Below, in pieces: positions 11,748 to 24,146 of a stretch of DNA of 64,000 bases; the first letter of the stretch is position 1, and every line of letters begins with the position of its first letter. Source of the stretch: Octopus sinensis. Taxonomy: Eukaryota. The stretch spans positions 52,154,464 to 52,218,463 of the forward strand of contig NC_043011.1 in assembly GCF_006345805.1 (NCBI RefSeq), read 5' to 3'. The translations under genes and the position numbers were made by a program. The notes under the pieces are model-generated. The model worked only from the letters and a program-made list of their open reading frames with translations, did no database searches and was not told the origin of the DNA.

Positions 11748-12396
11748 TATCCAGCCTGAATATTCTACTTGTTTTATGTTCAAGCCAGCCATATCTGGCT
11801 TCTCACACCTATCCTACAATGTCATTATAAAAATAAGCAATCATATTATTGAAATCTCAAAGTTACAAGATAATGCACAGCTCAAAACAGTGTGAATAGA
11901 TATTACATTTAACAGAGTAATCTGAATGCTAAAGGGTTAAATGTGTAGGCGTAAGGTAAATGTACTCTTGATCATAAGGTCAAGGGTTCAATTCCTATTC
12001 CAGGAGAATTGTTGTGTTATTGATAAAGCAACTTCACTTCATGTTGCTCCAGTCCACTCTGTTGGCAAAAATAAATATTAAGACTGATAGAGTACCCAGT
12101 CCATCCTCTTACTACTACTACTACTACTACTTGTTTATCCTTAGGTTAGCCACTCTGATTGAGCATTCCAGCCATAACCATCCCATCCCATCCTGTTATT
12201 TTTTGTCTTTAGACAGTAGGATATCATTTGAAGCTTATTTAGCTGCCATTTCTAACAAGTCAACTAACTATTATAGAGTCCTTTAACTGTTGTCATAGAT
12301 ATTGATTCCAAATTTTGGCACAAGACCAGCAGTTTTGAGGGTGGGAATAAGTTGTTTACATCGACCCCAGTGCTCAACTGGTACTTATTTTATTGA

Positions 12397-12627
12397 GGCG
12401 GCGAGCTGGCAGAAACGTTAGCATGCCGGATGAAATGCTTAGCGGTATTTCGTCTGTCGTTATGTTGTGAGTTCAAATTCCGCCAAGGTTGACTTTGCCT
12501 TTCATCCTTTCGGGGTCGATAAATTAAGTACCAGTTCCGCACTGGGGTCAATGTAATCGACTTAATACCTATGTCTGTCCTTGTTTGTCCCCTCTATGTT
12601 TAGCCCCTTGTGGGTAATAAAGAAATA
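12397..12627 (+). mobile_element. Young family 3 SINE inserted antisense into an older relative (~12305-12765, minus)
   Basis: Perfect 17-bp TSD ggtacttattttattga at 12380-12396 and 12628-12644. Confidence 0.9.
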
Positions 12628-13409
12628 GGTACTTATTTTATTGACCCCCAAAAGGACGAAAGGCAAAGTCAACCTGGCAGGATTTCAGCTCAGAACATAA
12701 AGACAGATGAAATGCTGCTAAGCATTTTGCCTGGCATGCACACTATTCTGCTAGCTTTGCTGCCTTGGTTGTCATAGATATTGTTGTTGTTATTGTTGTT
12801 TATAATCATGATACTTGAATCTACCTAGTTCAAATGTAGGAAGAGAGGAGAGAGAGAGAATAGCTGAGTCTGATAGTCAAAATAAGACAGGAAAAAAAAC
12901 AATGGTTTTTAGATTAATTACGCAATAAGAACAAACTGCAACACTTAGAAATCCAGAGAAGACTCTTCATTGTTATTAAAAGAACAATAGAGACATAAAC
13001 ACAATTAAGAAGATGAAAACATACTGTATTAAAGATATCTGCCTGACCATCTTCACTTGGCACTTAAATGGAGAAGATTTACACAGGGTGGGCACAAAAA
13101 ACCTTGGTATGAAATATTAGTTTCATTCATTCATTCTTTCATTCCTACATAAATATATATTATGTATACATACAAACAACAAATACTGAATATGAATGTG
13201 CTTATGTATATGTCTGTGTGTAGCCTGGTGCAGCCTCCTGGCTTCCCAGACCCCGGTCGAACCGTCCAACCCATGCTAGCATGGAAAACAGACGTTAAAC
13301 AATAATGATGATGATGTATATATATCAAAGCATTTGCTGTTTATATAAATATGTGTGTATGTATGGGTATGAGTGTGTATATATTTATATATATATATAT
13401 GGGTGGGAT

Positions 13410-13583
13410 ACCATGCAAAAAACACAGTCCACTCTGTAAGGTGGTTGGTGTTAGGAAGGGCATCCGGCCATTAAAAAACCCTGCCAAAGCAGACAGTGGA
13501 GCCTGGTGCAGTCTTCTGCTTAGCCAGCCCTTGTCAAACCATCCAACCCATGTCAGCATGGAAAACAGACGGTAGATGATGAT
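13410..13583 (+). mobile_element. Family 1 SINE-like 3' fragment (another at 13222-13317)
   Basis: 'gtggttggtgttaggaagggcatcc...ccaacccatgtcagcatggaaaacagacg' plus (gat)n. Confidence 0.75.
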
Positions 13584-13699
13584 ATATACACATACAATAC
13601 TGGACCAATTATCCAGCAATTTAGAATCAGAAGTGTCCCAGATCTCTGGTTTTCTGAAGATAGTCTAATTATATACTTAAAATATTAAACAAACTATGA

Positions 13700-14228
13700 A
13701 AAGTATAGAAGTAAACTGTATTTAACAGATTCAAGTCATTACACTCCTAAAGCAGGGTCTATTTGATATTTATTAATCCACTTAAAATTCTTAAAATATG
13801 TCATGTATACAGTATAATGTTTATAGGATGAAAATTATTTGAAGGAAAATAAAGAACATGATTTTATTTAAGAGTTACTTGTACAAAATAATACAATATT
13901 AAAGCAGAATGTGTTTAATCTTTATCAACCCTCTTAAAAATGTAAAGGACAAAACTATTTTTAACATGTTATATGGAAATTAACCAACTTTGAAACCAGG
14001 GTCTGTTTACTCAGTACAGGGTATAGTATATTGCACGGCACTGCACAGTCTTCCTGTATTTCTGAAAGCTGGATAAGAGCTCCAGTACTTTATACATGTA
14101 GGTAGTGTTTGTGGATTCAAAGTCTGCAGGGATTTCTTACTATGGTATTGTTTGGTTTTCTTCTTAGATAATCTAATTACGGTTGGATAATGCTTAAATA
14201 TTGGTGTCTAGTTTTGGGAGGATGTGTA
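13700..14228 (-). mobile_element. Possible highly decayed Penelope-like C-terminal fragment
   Basis: Minus-strand fragments such as ADFESTNTTY and KLVNFHI recall the PLE RT-GIY-YIG linker; many stops; similarity from recall only. Confidence 0.3.
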
Positions 14229-14277
<49 letters not shown>

Positions 14278-14282
<5 letters not shown>

Positions 14283-14632
14283 AAAAGAAGAAAATGGAGA
14301 AATTGACATATAGACATTAGTTTATTCAAAGATATTCAAATCAATGACATTCTTATCCCTACAGCCGTTTCCATAACCAATTAATTCAATTAGAGAAATT
14401 AAATTAAAGAAAAATAAGATGGAGAAATTGACACATAGACATCAGTTTATTCAAAGATTTTCAAATCAATATAATATAAAATTCTTATTCCTACAGCCGT
14501 TTCCATAGCCAATTAATTCAATTAGAGAAATTAAATTACATTAAATTAGAGAAGTTCATATAATGCTGATTTGAATATCTTTGAATAAATTGATGTCTGT
14601 ATGTCAATTTCTCGATTTTCTTCTTTTTCTCA
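14278..14632. repeat. Direct plus inverted repeat structure (PLE pseudo-LTR-like)
   Basis: ~130-bp unit twice (14278-14406, ~14407-14538), then an inverted 66-bp copy of the unit start (14567-14632). Each direct unit carries a hammerhead 3' half on minus (GAAACGGCUGUA). Confidence 0.8.
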
Positions 14633-14804
14633 TTCATAAATAATTTAAATATCCATATTCATCAATGCAAAACTAACGTATTTAGTTTTTCACCGAACAT
14701 TGGAAAAAACCAGAGAACTAGGATGCAAACATCCCTTACTGGATTATAGGTCCTTGGTATAATTATATATATATATACAAGTATTTGCACACACGTACAT
14801 GCAT

Positions 14805-15172
14805 ACTTTTACTTGTTTCAGTCATTTGACCGTGGCCATGCTGGGTCACTGCCTTGAAGGTATTTTCAGTCAGACAAATCGGCCTCAAGACTTTTTTTTT
14901 AAACCTTGTACTTATTCTATCAGTCTCTTTTGCCAAACTGCTAAGTTATGGGGACATAAACGCACCAACACCTGTTGTCAAGTGGTGATGGGGTACAAAT
15001 GCACACACACACACAATGGGTTTCTTTCAGTTTCCATCTACCAAATCCCCTCACATGGCTTTAGTTGGCCTGATGTTATAATACAAGACACTTACCCAAG
15101 GTGCCACACAGTGGGACTGAACTCAGAACCATGCAGTTGGCAAGCAAGCTTCTTACCATACATCCACTCTGC
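14805..15172 (-). mobile_element. tRNA/CORE-type SINE (family 2)
   Basis: Minus strand: tRNA-like head, CORE-like 'gcaccttgggtaagtgtctt', internal (TG)n, tail 'gactgaaacaagtaaaag'. Confidence 0.75.
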
Positions 15173-15726
15173 ATAAAATATTTTCATTCGGTACTTTAGA
15201 AGAACTGGTGTGTGCATGCATTTACACCTGTGTATATTTGTCATATTTGTACTATATATGAATACACTGGTAATTGTAAAAGTATATAACAATGTTTTGT
15301 AGGAATAAATGGGTTTAAAATTGTATAAATCTCCTCCTCTTTTTTCTCCAAAATATGGCAATTATCTTAATTAACGAAGGAAGAGGAAAAAGAGGCAGGC
15401 GGTGTGACTGATTTAAGTGAACTGGGTTTTGTGTGGTAGATGTTTATAAGAACCATGGATCTGTTGAAAATAAGCCATTACAAATGTTACATTGTATATA
15501 GGCCAGTGTTGAAACACTCTGCTGATATTATATATTACATAGGTGCCGGTATGGCTGTGTGGTTAAGAAGCTTGATTTCCAACCTTTGGGTTCAGTCTCA
15601 CTGTGCAGTATCTTGGGCAGATGTGTTCAGCTATAGCCTCAGGCTGACCAAAACTTTCATCAGTGGATTTGGTAGATGAAAACTGGGAAAAGAGAGGGCA
15701 TGATGATGAACATATATATATATATA

Positions 15727-15930
15727 TAGTTAATCCAAACATGAAAACACAACAACGCGAGGATGTGGAACAAGTATAGTATTATTATTGGACGCTTAGG
15801 AAAGAAGGAGGGTTTAAACGTTTCGAGTGGAGCTCTTCGTCAGAAACATAGGAAAAGGAAAGATCCAAAGAAGGGAAGACGGAGGAAAAAAAAACACCAA
15901 TGGTACACATGCAGTCACATTTTGAATATA
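15727..15930 (-). mobile_element. PLE-derived short element with minimal hammerhead (canonical CUGACGA core at 15843-15837)
   Basis: Minus strand: guuu CUGACGA A GAG-cucca-CUC GAAACGUU u aaac (15847-15812); flanked by (TA)n; same family as 26296-26490. Confidence 0.75.
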
Positions 15931-18499
15931 TATATATAGTTGAAATTTACAGGAAATCAAGACAAAGACTGGTGTATGAACAACAAGCATATATTTATAT
16001 ATATATGTATATAAATAAAACGATTGCATAGAATGTGGAGACTGGTACATCTTCACATTTTTCTTTTAATTTAATTATGCAACATAATTAGTTAAAATGA
16101 TTGACATATTTCTGCTGCATAGAGTATGTGCAGTTCTGTATGCAACCTGTAATATTCTGCTATGCACCTTCAATCAGAGTCTTTCCACAAGCATTAAATT
16201 CTCTGTAATCTTTGTAATTGCTTTGGATTTACATTCCTGAAAATATTTATAATCCAGCAAAGAAAACCCATACCTACCCATCAGAATACAGTGGAATTGC
16301 TCATCCTAAGCAACCCTTGGTGCTTCTTACTACATGGTGGCATGGTGAGTTGGCAGAATCATTTGCATGTCAGACAAAATCCTTAACAGCATGTCTTCAG
16401 GTGCCTTACATTCTGAGTTCAGTTCTGCCAAGGTCAACTTTGCCTTTCACCCTATTGGGGTCAATAGACTAAAGTATCAACCAAATTCTAGGGTTGAATG
16501 TAATTGACTAATCTTCTTCTCCTAAAATTGCTGACTTTGTTTCAAAATTTGAAGCAATTTATGTTCTAAATACTAGCTTAATAATGAAGTATTTTACTAA
16601 ATTCTTTAGTTTTCAAGATTAATTGAAACAAAGATAACGAATTTTAGCAGAAATAGAGTAACAAAAAAGTCAGTAAACCAGAGCAAAGTTATTTATAGCT
16701 GTTTGAACATAATACAGTGACTGGAAAAGCTTTGATTAACTGAGCTTATTCATGCAATTAGTAGAGAAAAACTCCCTCTAGGAGGTAATAAAAAATAAAA
16801 CTAACTAGTAAAGGAGTTAAATTTGATAAAATCGAATTTGTTTGGAAATGAATGATTTCGCAATTAGTTTTGTTCATATGTCCTTGAACAGAGAATAAGA
16901 TGGGATAGCCTGCAAAGAATGGCGGGAGGGGGCGGGCGTTGTAAGGGTATGGATTTAAAGAAGCAGTTGATCTATTTCTACTGGGATTTCTTCCTTTCAC
17001 CTCAACCCACCTGAATTTCTTTCTTTCAATGACCTGCAAAATCTCTTTCTCCCTCCCCCTCTCTCTCTCTCTCTCCCTCCCTGGAAAAAAAAGGAAAAGT
17101 ATTGTGTATTGTATGGAAGAATGTCATGACATACCTCCATTGCCTTTTTTTTTTGTCATTTTTTTCCTTCCTTTTTTCTTTTTACTTAATTTTCTTTTTT
17201 CTCCTTTTACTTCCTTTTTTTGTTTGTTCTTGTTACAATGTACTATTACTGCAACTATTACTATCACTACTACTATTACTACTTCCTCCACTATTACCTC
17301 TACTACTACTACTACTACCACCACCACCACCACCACCCTTACATAGGAATCCATTGCAGAAGCTTTTGTGGTTCAAATCTGATTAGATTATTTTTAACAT
17401 CCTGGTAGCCTTCAAAAGGGCAAGATGTTTTTATTTCTTTTGTTTTTCTTTACTTGTTTTGTTTTGTTTGTTTATCGTTTGTTTCTCTTGATTCCCCACT
17501 GCTTTTCTTTTCTTTACTTTAGAGACAGTAGTGGTGGTGGTCATGGTGGATATTATCTCCTTTTTCTCCCTCTTCTTTTCTTTCCATCCTTTCCTTCTTT
17601 ATTTTATCATTACATGACAAGGTTGGTTATGGCAGTAGTGGTTTCTTTTTCTGTTTTTTTTTTTACCTTGTCACATTCTCATGTGACAAACCAAAATACT
17701 TTCTTCTATTGGGAAAAAGAGGTGTGAGGGTAGGGTGGAGGTGGGGCTTTACCAACCTTCACCTCTCTCACCACTTCACCTCTCTCACCACTTCACCCTC
17801 TCTTTCCTTATTTCACTCACAGTGAAAGTAAAGACAGGTGGTAGCAGCAATGATGCTGATGGTTATGTCTCTTCTCTCTTTCTCTTCTGATCAGCTCCAC
17901 TCTCGTCTGGAATGCAGTGAAATTTGGACTTCTACAACCCATATCATAATGTTGTCGTTTGCAGTGAAAGATTTAGTTGATCTATGATCAAAAAGGCACT
18001 CCAACTATGACCATCTTAACCTTTTATATACCTGTAACTACATTTGGATGGTAGACTTAACCCATTGCTTGGTTTAACTTCATTAACTGATATCCTGCGT
18101 GCGTTTTGTTGCAAGTATTGCAGACAGATATCTTACATGAACATATTTTCATCTCTATATATAGGGGTTCTCTCATAAATTTTGAACTATACAGAAATTC
18201 TAAAGTTAAATGGGAGCTAATATATTTAAGAAAAATTTCAACCAATTAAAATTTTACCTGTAATGAAAATGGGTCTTGCCTTGCAAAATACTTGATAACC
18301 TCACTAGTGCTGGTGCCATAGAAAAAGCACCCTGTAATGTGGTTGGTGTTAGGAACAGCATCAAGCTACAGAAACCTTGTCAAAACAGATATTGAAAACC
18401 AACATAGCCATGGGCCCAGGAATAGGGAGTGCAAGAGATGCAAGTGAACCGCCTTAAATTTTTGAAGGGTTAAAAATCAAAATTTGTACCCTTACTTAC

Positions 18500-18549
18500 C
18501 TTTCTCAGGTGTAGAATACAGTGCACAAAAAGGGATCTGTAAAAAGTTG
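18500..18549 (-). other. Candidate short exon (37 or 50 nt), unverified
   Basis: Long polypyrimidine tract, AG at 18551-18550 or 18538-18537, and consensus donor AAG|GTAAGT at 18500/18499. Lies within a possible MITE-like insert (~18410-18700) that splits a family 1 SINE. Confidence 0.3.
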
Positions 18550-19069
18550 CTTGAACAAAGAACAAAGAATAAAAATAAATGATAATAAAAAATAAGACCT
18601 TGTTTTGTAAAAAATTCAAGACCTGGGTTTCTACCCCCTAAGCAAATTTCATTCTCAAGCCAGTGAACACAGCCCTCGGGCAAGTTGGATACTCTTGAAA
18701 CTTTCAATCCATGCCAGCATGGAATATGGACATTAACTGATGATGTGAATATGATGAGGCATCTTTCATAGCAAAGGTCTTTCCACGTTTGAATTTATGT
18801 GAATGTGCTGACATGATTGTCTGAAAATGTGGGTTTGAAAGAGAATAACAGTCCTGGTCCTAGCTTGCTTGCTTCCCTCATACTCTGGCTTGATGGGGCT
18901 AGGGTCATTCCAGGCTAGTGGTCCCAGAGATTATCATCATGTGTAGAGCCAACCAAGTCCACCAGTGCTCACCATTGCTGGTGGTCTCATGCCAGCCTTT
19001 GTACATACACCCTTCAAAGTGACATCAAGCCTCTGGAGATCTTCCATATTCACTTCCAGTATTGTCATT

Positions 19070-19345
19070 TAATGTCCACTTTCCATTCTGGCATGGGTTG
19101 GATGGTTTGACAGGAGCTGGTTAGACAGAAGACTACACCAGGCTTCAGTGTCTATTTTGGTATGTTTTTTTTTATGGTTGAATGCCCTTCCTAACACCAA
19201 CCACCCTGCAGAGTGGACTGAGTGCTTTTTACATGGCACCAACACAAGTGAGGTCAGTTTTGACATGATTTTTATAGCTGGATGCCCTTCCAAATGCCAA
19301 CCACTTTACAGTGTGGACTGGATGCTTTTTACATGGCACCAGCAT
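19070..19345 (-). mobile_element. Family 1 SINE-like copy, decayed
   Basis: Tail and body motifs as above. Confidence 0.7.
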
Positions 19346-19420
19346 TGACAATTTATACATACATATATATGAATATGTGAAGAGCATTGTAGTTTGCTTG
19401 AAGCATTGTAATACTGAAGC

Positions 19421-19676
19421 AGAATAGTGAATGAGATGAGAAATAAGGAAAGCCTCTAACAACGCAGAAATGTTTTTAAAAAAATTGTTATATTTTGGGT
19501 GCAAAAGCCGATCTTCAGAAGAATACAGTCAAAATGACAGGATCTATGTAAACATACATTTCCTTGACTGTATTCTGCAGAGATAGGCTTTTGAGCCTGA
19601 AATATAAAGGTTTTTAAAAAAATATTTTTCTGTAGTATTAGAAGCTTTCCTTATTTTTCATTTCATTCATTATTCC
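19421..19676. repeat. ~112-bp inverted repeat of two hammerhead-bearing PLE-derived arms
   Basis: Arms 19421-19532 and 19564-19676; each arm contains a degenerate CUGAAGA...GAAAUAUA motif. Confidence 0.8.
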
Positions 19677-20014
19677 ACTAATATATACATAGCAGGTTTT
19701 TTTTTTTCTAATTTCTGTCTATCATGTCTACTCATAGGCAGATATGATCGACCTGGGGTTATAGTAGAACACACTTATGCAAGGTACTATGAAGTAGGAC
19801 TGAACCTAGAATTACATGATTGGGGAGCTTACTTAACCACATAGCCATGCCTCATATTAACAGAAACGCAAAATATAGTCATACACATCCTTGAAACAAA
19901 TGACCAACCTAGCACCCACAACATTCAAGACTAAAACAAGAAGCTTTCAGGGATGGAGTTGAAAGCATAGGTCATTTGGGTATTGAATGTATAGTGGTGT
20001 GAGAAGTGCCATGA

Positions 20015-20350
20015 AGGCGCATGGCTCAGTGGTTAGAGTGTCGAGCTTACGATCGTGAGGTTGTGAGCTCGAATCCCAAACCGGGCTGCGTGTTGTGTTC
20101 TTGAGCAAGACACTTTATTTCACGTTGCTCCAATTCACTCAGCTGTAGAAACGAGTTGCAATGTCACAGGTGCCAAGCTGTATTGGCCCCTTTGCCTTTC
20201 CCTTGGATAACACTGGTGGCATGGAGAGGGGAGGCCGGTATGCATGGGCGACTGCTGGTCTTCTGTAAACAACCTTGCCCGGATTTGTGCCTGGGAGGAT
20301 AACTTTCTAGGTGCAATCTCATGGTCAGTGTCGTGACCGAAGGGGGTCTC
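20015..20350 (+). mobile_element. tRNA/CORE-type SINE (family 4)
   Basis: A box 'tggctcagtggttagag', B box 'gagctcgaatccc', CORE-like 'gttgtgttcttgagcaagacactt', unique 3' body. Confidence 0.75.
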
Positions 20351-20437
20351 AGTGGTGTGAGAGACACCATATAAAACAACAACAGCAATGAACTGGATAT
20401 GAACCACACCAGTCTCACCAGACTTCAAAGGCCCATG

Positions 20438-20501
20438 AAAGACATGGGTGGATTCTCTTCTCTAGGAATAAAGACATGGGTGGATTCTCTTCTCTAGGAA
20501 T
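20438..20501. repeat. Perfect 32-bp tandem duplication
   Basis: aaagacatgggtggattctcttctctaggaat twice. Confidence 0.9.
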
Positions 20502-20503
20502 AA

Positions 20504-20790
20504 CATCATCATCATCATCATCATCTATTTTCCATGCTGGCATGGGTTGAATGGCTTGACAGGAAGCTTGCAAGGTCAGTGGTCATACCAAGTTCCATAA
20601 TCTGTTTTGGCTTGGTTTCTATGACTGGATGCCCTTCCTAACACCAACCACTTTACAGAGTGTTATCGTGTATTTTGTAACTAACACTGGCATTAGTGTG
20701 TTTTATATGGGCACCATTACCAGTACTTTTTATGTGATACCATCATCGGTGCTTTTTACATGGCACCATCACCAGTGCTTTTTATGTGGC
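20504..20790 (-). mobile_element. Family 1 SINE-like copy, decayed
   Basis: (CAT)n tail then 'ccatgctggcatgggttg...ggatgcccttcctaacaccaacc'. Confidence 0.7.
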
Positions 20791-21507
20791 ACCATGGTTT
20801 CTGGATTAACCATTAAAAAATTGCTCTCAAAATAGAAACAAAAAAACTATGTGTAATGTGCCAAAAAATGCGATTGCTATGCCTAGCAGCTTGAGTGACC
20901 ACACAGAGGCATCATTGTTACAAATTTTCGGAATTTCTCATCCTCTTTGTCTCTTCCTCTCTCTCATTCTAGCCGGGCCTCAATTATTTAAGACAGTGAT
21001 TTCTTTTAGGATAAAAAAAGTATTCTAAATGTTCTATTCACTGTAGAACATTTTAAATCTATATATTTATTTTCATTAATCTGGAATTTATTCTTAGAAT
21101 TCCTAAAACACCAGTGACTAGTGTCAGAGGAATCCCTAAAAATGGTGAGATGCCGTGTAAAATTCTCTCTTTCTCTCTCTGTCTCTCTCTCTCGTTTTTC
21201 ATCTTTCTTTTTTTTTTTTGCTTAGGAATCTGTCATAGATATTTGACTTAGCAAAAGTTCATTTCCTATTCTTTTATGCAAATTTTTACTTTACACAGAA
21301 ATAGACCACATATACCCCTCCTCTTCTGCATTTGTATGTATGTGTGCTGGTTGTATGGTTAAGTGGCTGCTTTGCAAATATGTGATTTCAAGTTCAATCC
21401 CACTGCCTGACAGCTCGGGCAGTTGTCTTCAACTATAAATAAATTCAGGCTGACTTAATACCTTGTAAGGGAAATTGAAAGAGGGAACCTGTGAGGAATA
21501 TTGTTGC

Positions 21508-21800
21508 ATCTGTGTGTGTGTGGATATGTATGTGTGTGTGTGTGTGTGTGGATATGTGCGTATATGTTTGTTAGTGAATATGTGCGTATATGTGTGTGTG
21601 TGAGTGTGTGTGTGTGTGTGTGTGGAGGGATATGTGTGTATATGTTTGTGAGTGGATATGTGCATATATGTGTGTGGATGTGTGTGTGGATATGTGTGTG
21701 TGTGTGTGTGTGGATACATATGTATGTGTGTTTACATATTGACATTTATACACAATGTACATATGTATGTGTATATATGTGTGTGAGTGTGTCTATGTTT
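21508..21800. repeat. (TG)n/(TA)n compound microsatellite
   Basis: Source of the H/T- and C/V-rich ORFs at 21429-21946. Confidence 0.9.
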
Positions 21801-24146
21801 GTGTCTTCTTGTCTGGACAGTGTGTAATAGTTTTAAATGTATGTCACTGTTATATAAGCTGTGTCCTTACTTTCCAATATTCCTGCAAAAACACATCTGA
21901 CTGTAGGGAAATATTACTTTGTTCAGAAACATGTGAAGATTGGTGATGGAAAGTGCATTCAGCTGTAAAAAATCTGCTTCACTAAATTCTCTCCGACTCA
22001 TGCAAGCATGGAAAAGTGGACGTTAAAACGATGATGATACATAGATATATATATATCTTTTTTTCTTATCTTTTTACTTGTTTCAGTTATTATATTGTGG
22101 CCATTCTGGGGCGCTTCTTTGAAGAGTTTCTTAGTCGCACGAATTGATCCCAGTACTTTTTTTTTTAAAAGCCTCGTACTTATTCTACCGTTCTCCTTTG
22201 CTGAGCTGCTGAGTTATGGGGTCATAAACAAACCAACATCAGTCATCAAGTGGTTGTCGGGAACAAAGATACACTCACACATACATGTGTGTGTGTGTGT
22301 GTGTGTGTGTGCATATATGTATATGGAGTGGCAGTGATCTGAAGCAATATAACAGTATATTGCTAGAACTACAATGAAATGCTTGGATTGGATTTGAACT
22401 CACATACTATGCATTGGTACTCCAGTACTTATCCACTTCATTACAATTATTTTGTTTCTTCTACCCAATAGTTTACTATCAGATAGAAGAGTCTCATGCC
22501 GGATCCCTTCAGTCAATTACAAATAGCAGTTTGAATGAAGGAACATTCTGGTATTTTCCCAAGCCCTTCAACCATAATCCCATTATAATGATGAGGATCA
22601 TCATGGTAATCACAGCAATAATCATCATTATAATCTTAACATTTCTCACCATGCTCCCTGCCTCCTTTTCTGACACAGGATCAACATATCTAGCTTAATA
22701 CTTTTCCTTTCCTCACACCCATTACTTGCCATTAATTTCCTCTTTAGAGTTCCCTAAAATAATTGAGAGGATGTAGGGAGGTGGGTTTAAATAAGGATTT
22801 CCTTTGGTTAGTGAAGTGGCAGGGCCCTCCCCATTTGTCCTAGCCCCTTCAAACTGAATTTCCTTCACTGCTTCCAAGGAGCAGGGTGGGGTGACAATTA
22901 TTTCAGTAAACCAGACAACTTTTTATTAGAGCTATAATAAGGGATTAAATCAATTGAATCAACCCCAGTATAAAACTGGTACTTATCTACCCGCCCACCA
23001 CCATTACTTGATTGTTGTCATCATGTATCATATACTTTACAGCATTTTGATGACACTACTGTGAAAGTCTTCCCAATTAAGCATGAGTTCTCTCATCAGA
23101 TGAAGCGAAAGCGTTACTCCATTTGGACTTTATCATAGTGGTTGTGGGGGACAAACAGACACAAAGGCACATAAGCAGACTTTTTACCACACAGCCATGC
23201 TATATATAGTATTTTCTTGGCAGAAAGATTGGGGTAATTTGCTATTGCCTTCCTCAACTGGATGGCTGTTGGCCCACAAAGAGCTCATCTGGCCTTCGAA
23301 AGGTCTTGTTTTTAGTCCTGCTGGGTATCTAGATGCCCTCATCATAACAGTAGCAAGCTATTCAAGTGAGGGAGTTGGTTTAGTCTCTGACCACTCAACC
23401 ATGATTCAGGTAGTATTGGTGTACATGGTACCAGTAGCAGGTCTGATCAACTTGTAATGAGATCCCTGACCTTAGGAGCAGTGAAGGAAGACTGGCTGGA
23501 ACGAGCCAGGATATTACTTGATGGGAAGCAGAAATTCATAGTTTGCACTTATTTGAAGATTTGAACTTATCACTCTAAGGTACAAAACTAATGTTTATTA
23601 GTTTTGTGAAGTACAAGCTCACAAAGGGATCACTACATCATGTCAGTTTGGTAGGCTGGGAGTTACAGCAGAAGGTATTTTCTTTAGGTTCTGCACAATG
23701 GGATTGAACCCAAAATAACATGGTTGAGAAGTGAACTTCTTAACCACACAGTCATGCCAGTATCATTGGTTCCAGATGTTTTTACCTTAGAAGTGCTCCA
23801 GAGATCAAATGGAAAATTTTATTAGCTTAGTTATGGCTGCATGGTGTTATGAGGTTTGCTTTCCAATCACGTGGTTTTAGTTTGATCCCATTGTATGGAA
23901 CCTTAGGCAAGTGTCTTCTTCTATATAGCTTTAGGCTAACCAATCCTAGTGTGTGGATTTGGTAAATGTCTTGGTCTGTTACACCTTATCTGTATAGTAG
24001 AATTTCAAGACCATAGGCTTGTATATATATAATAATCATAATAATAATAATCATAATAATAATAAGGGATAAAACTGTTAGAGCTTTTATCAGTGGCCAG
24101 CATATAATATAGACCTATTAAGGTGAATTCATATATAGAGATTTAA

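Noticed and set aside
13654-13712. CUGAAGA-UAGU...ACUAU-GAAAAGUAUA (and a similar relic at ~62945-62990)
   Set aside because: Stem III and stem I are too poor, or the core is destroyed; cannot be distinguished from chance without a family consensus.
20015-20090. tRNA genes (also 47155, 57538 and the family 2/3 heads)
   Set aside because: A/B boxes are present but there is no complete cloverleaf, and each continues into a SINE body.
23060-23099. Minus-strand CUGAUGA
   Set aside because: No downstream GAAA or closing stems.
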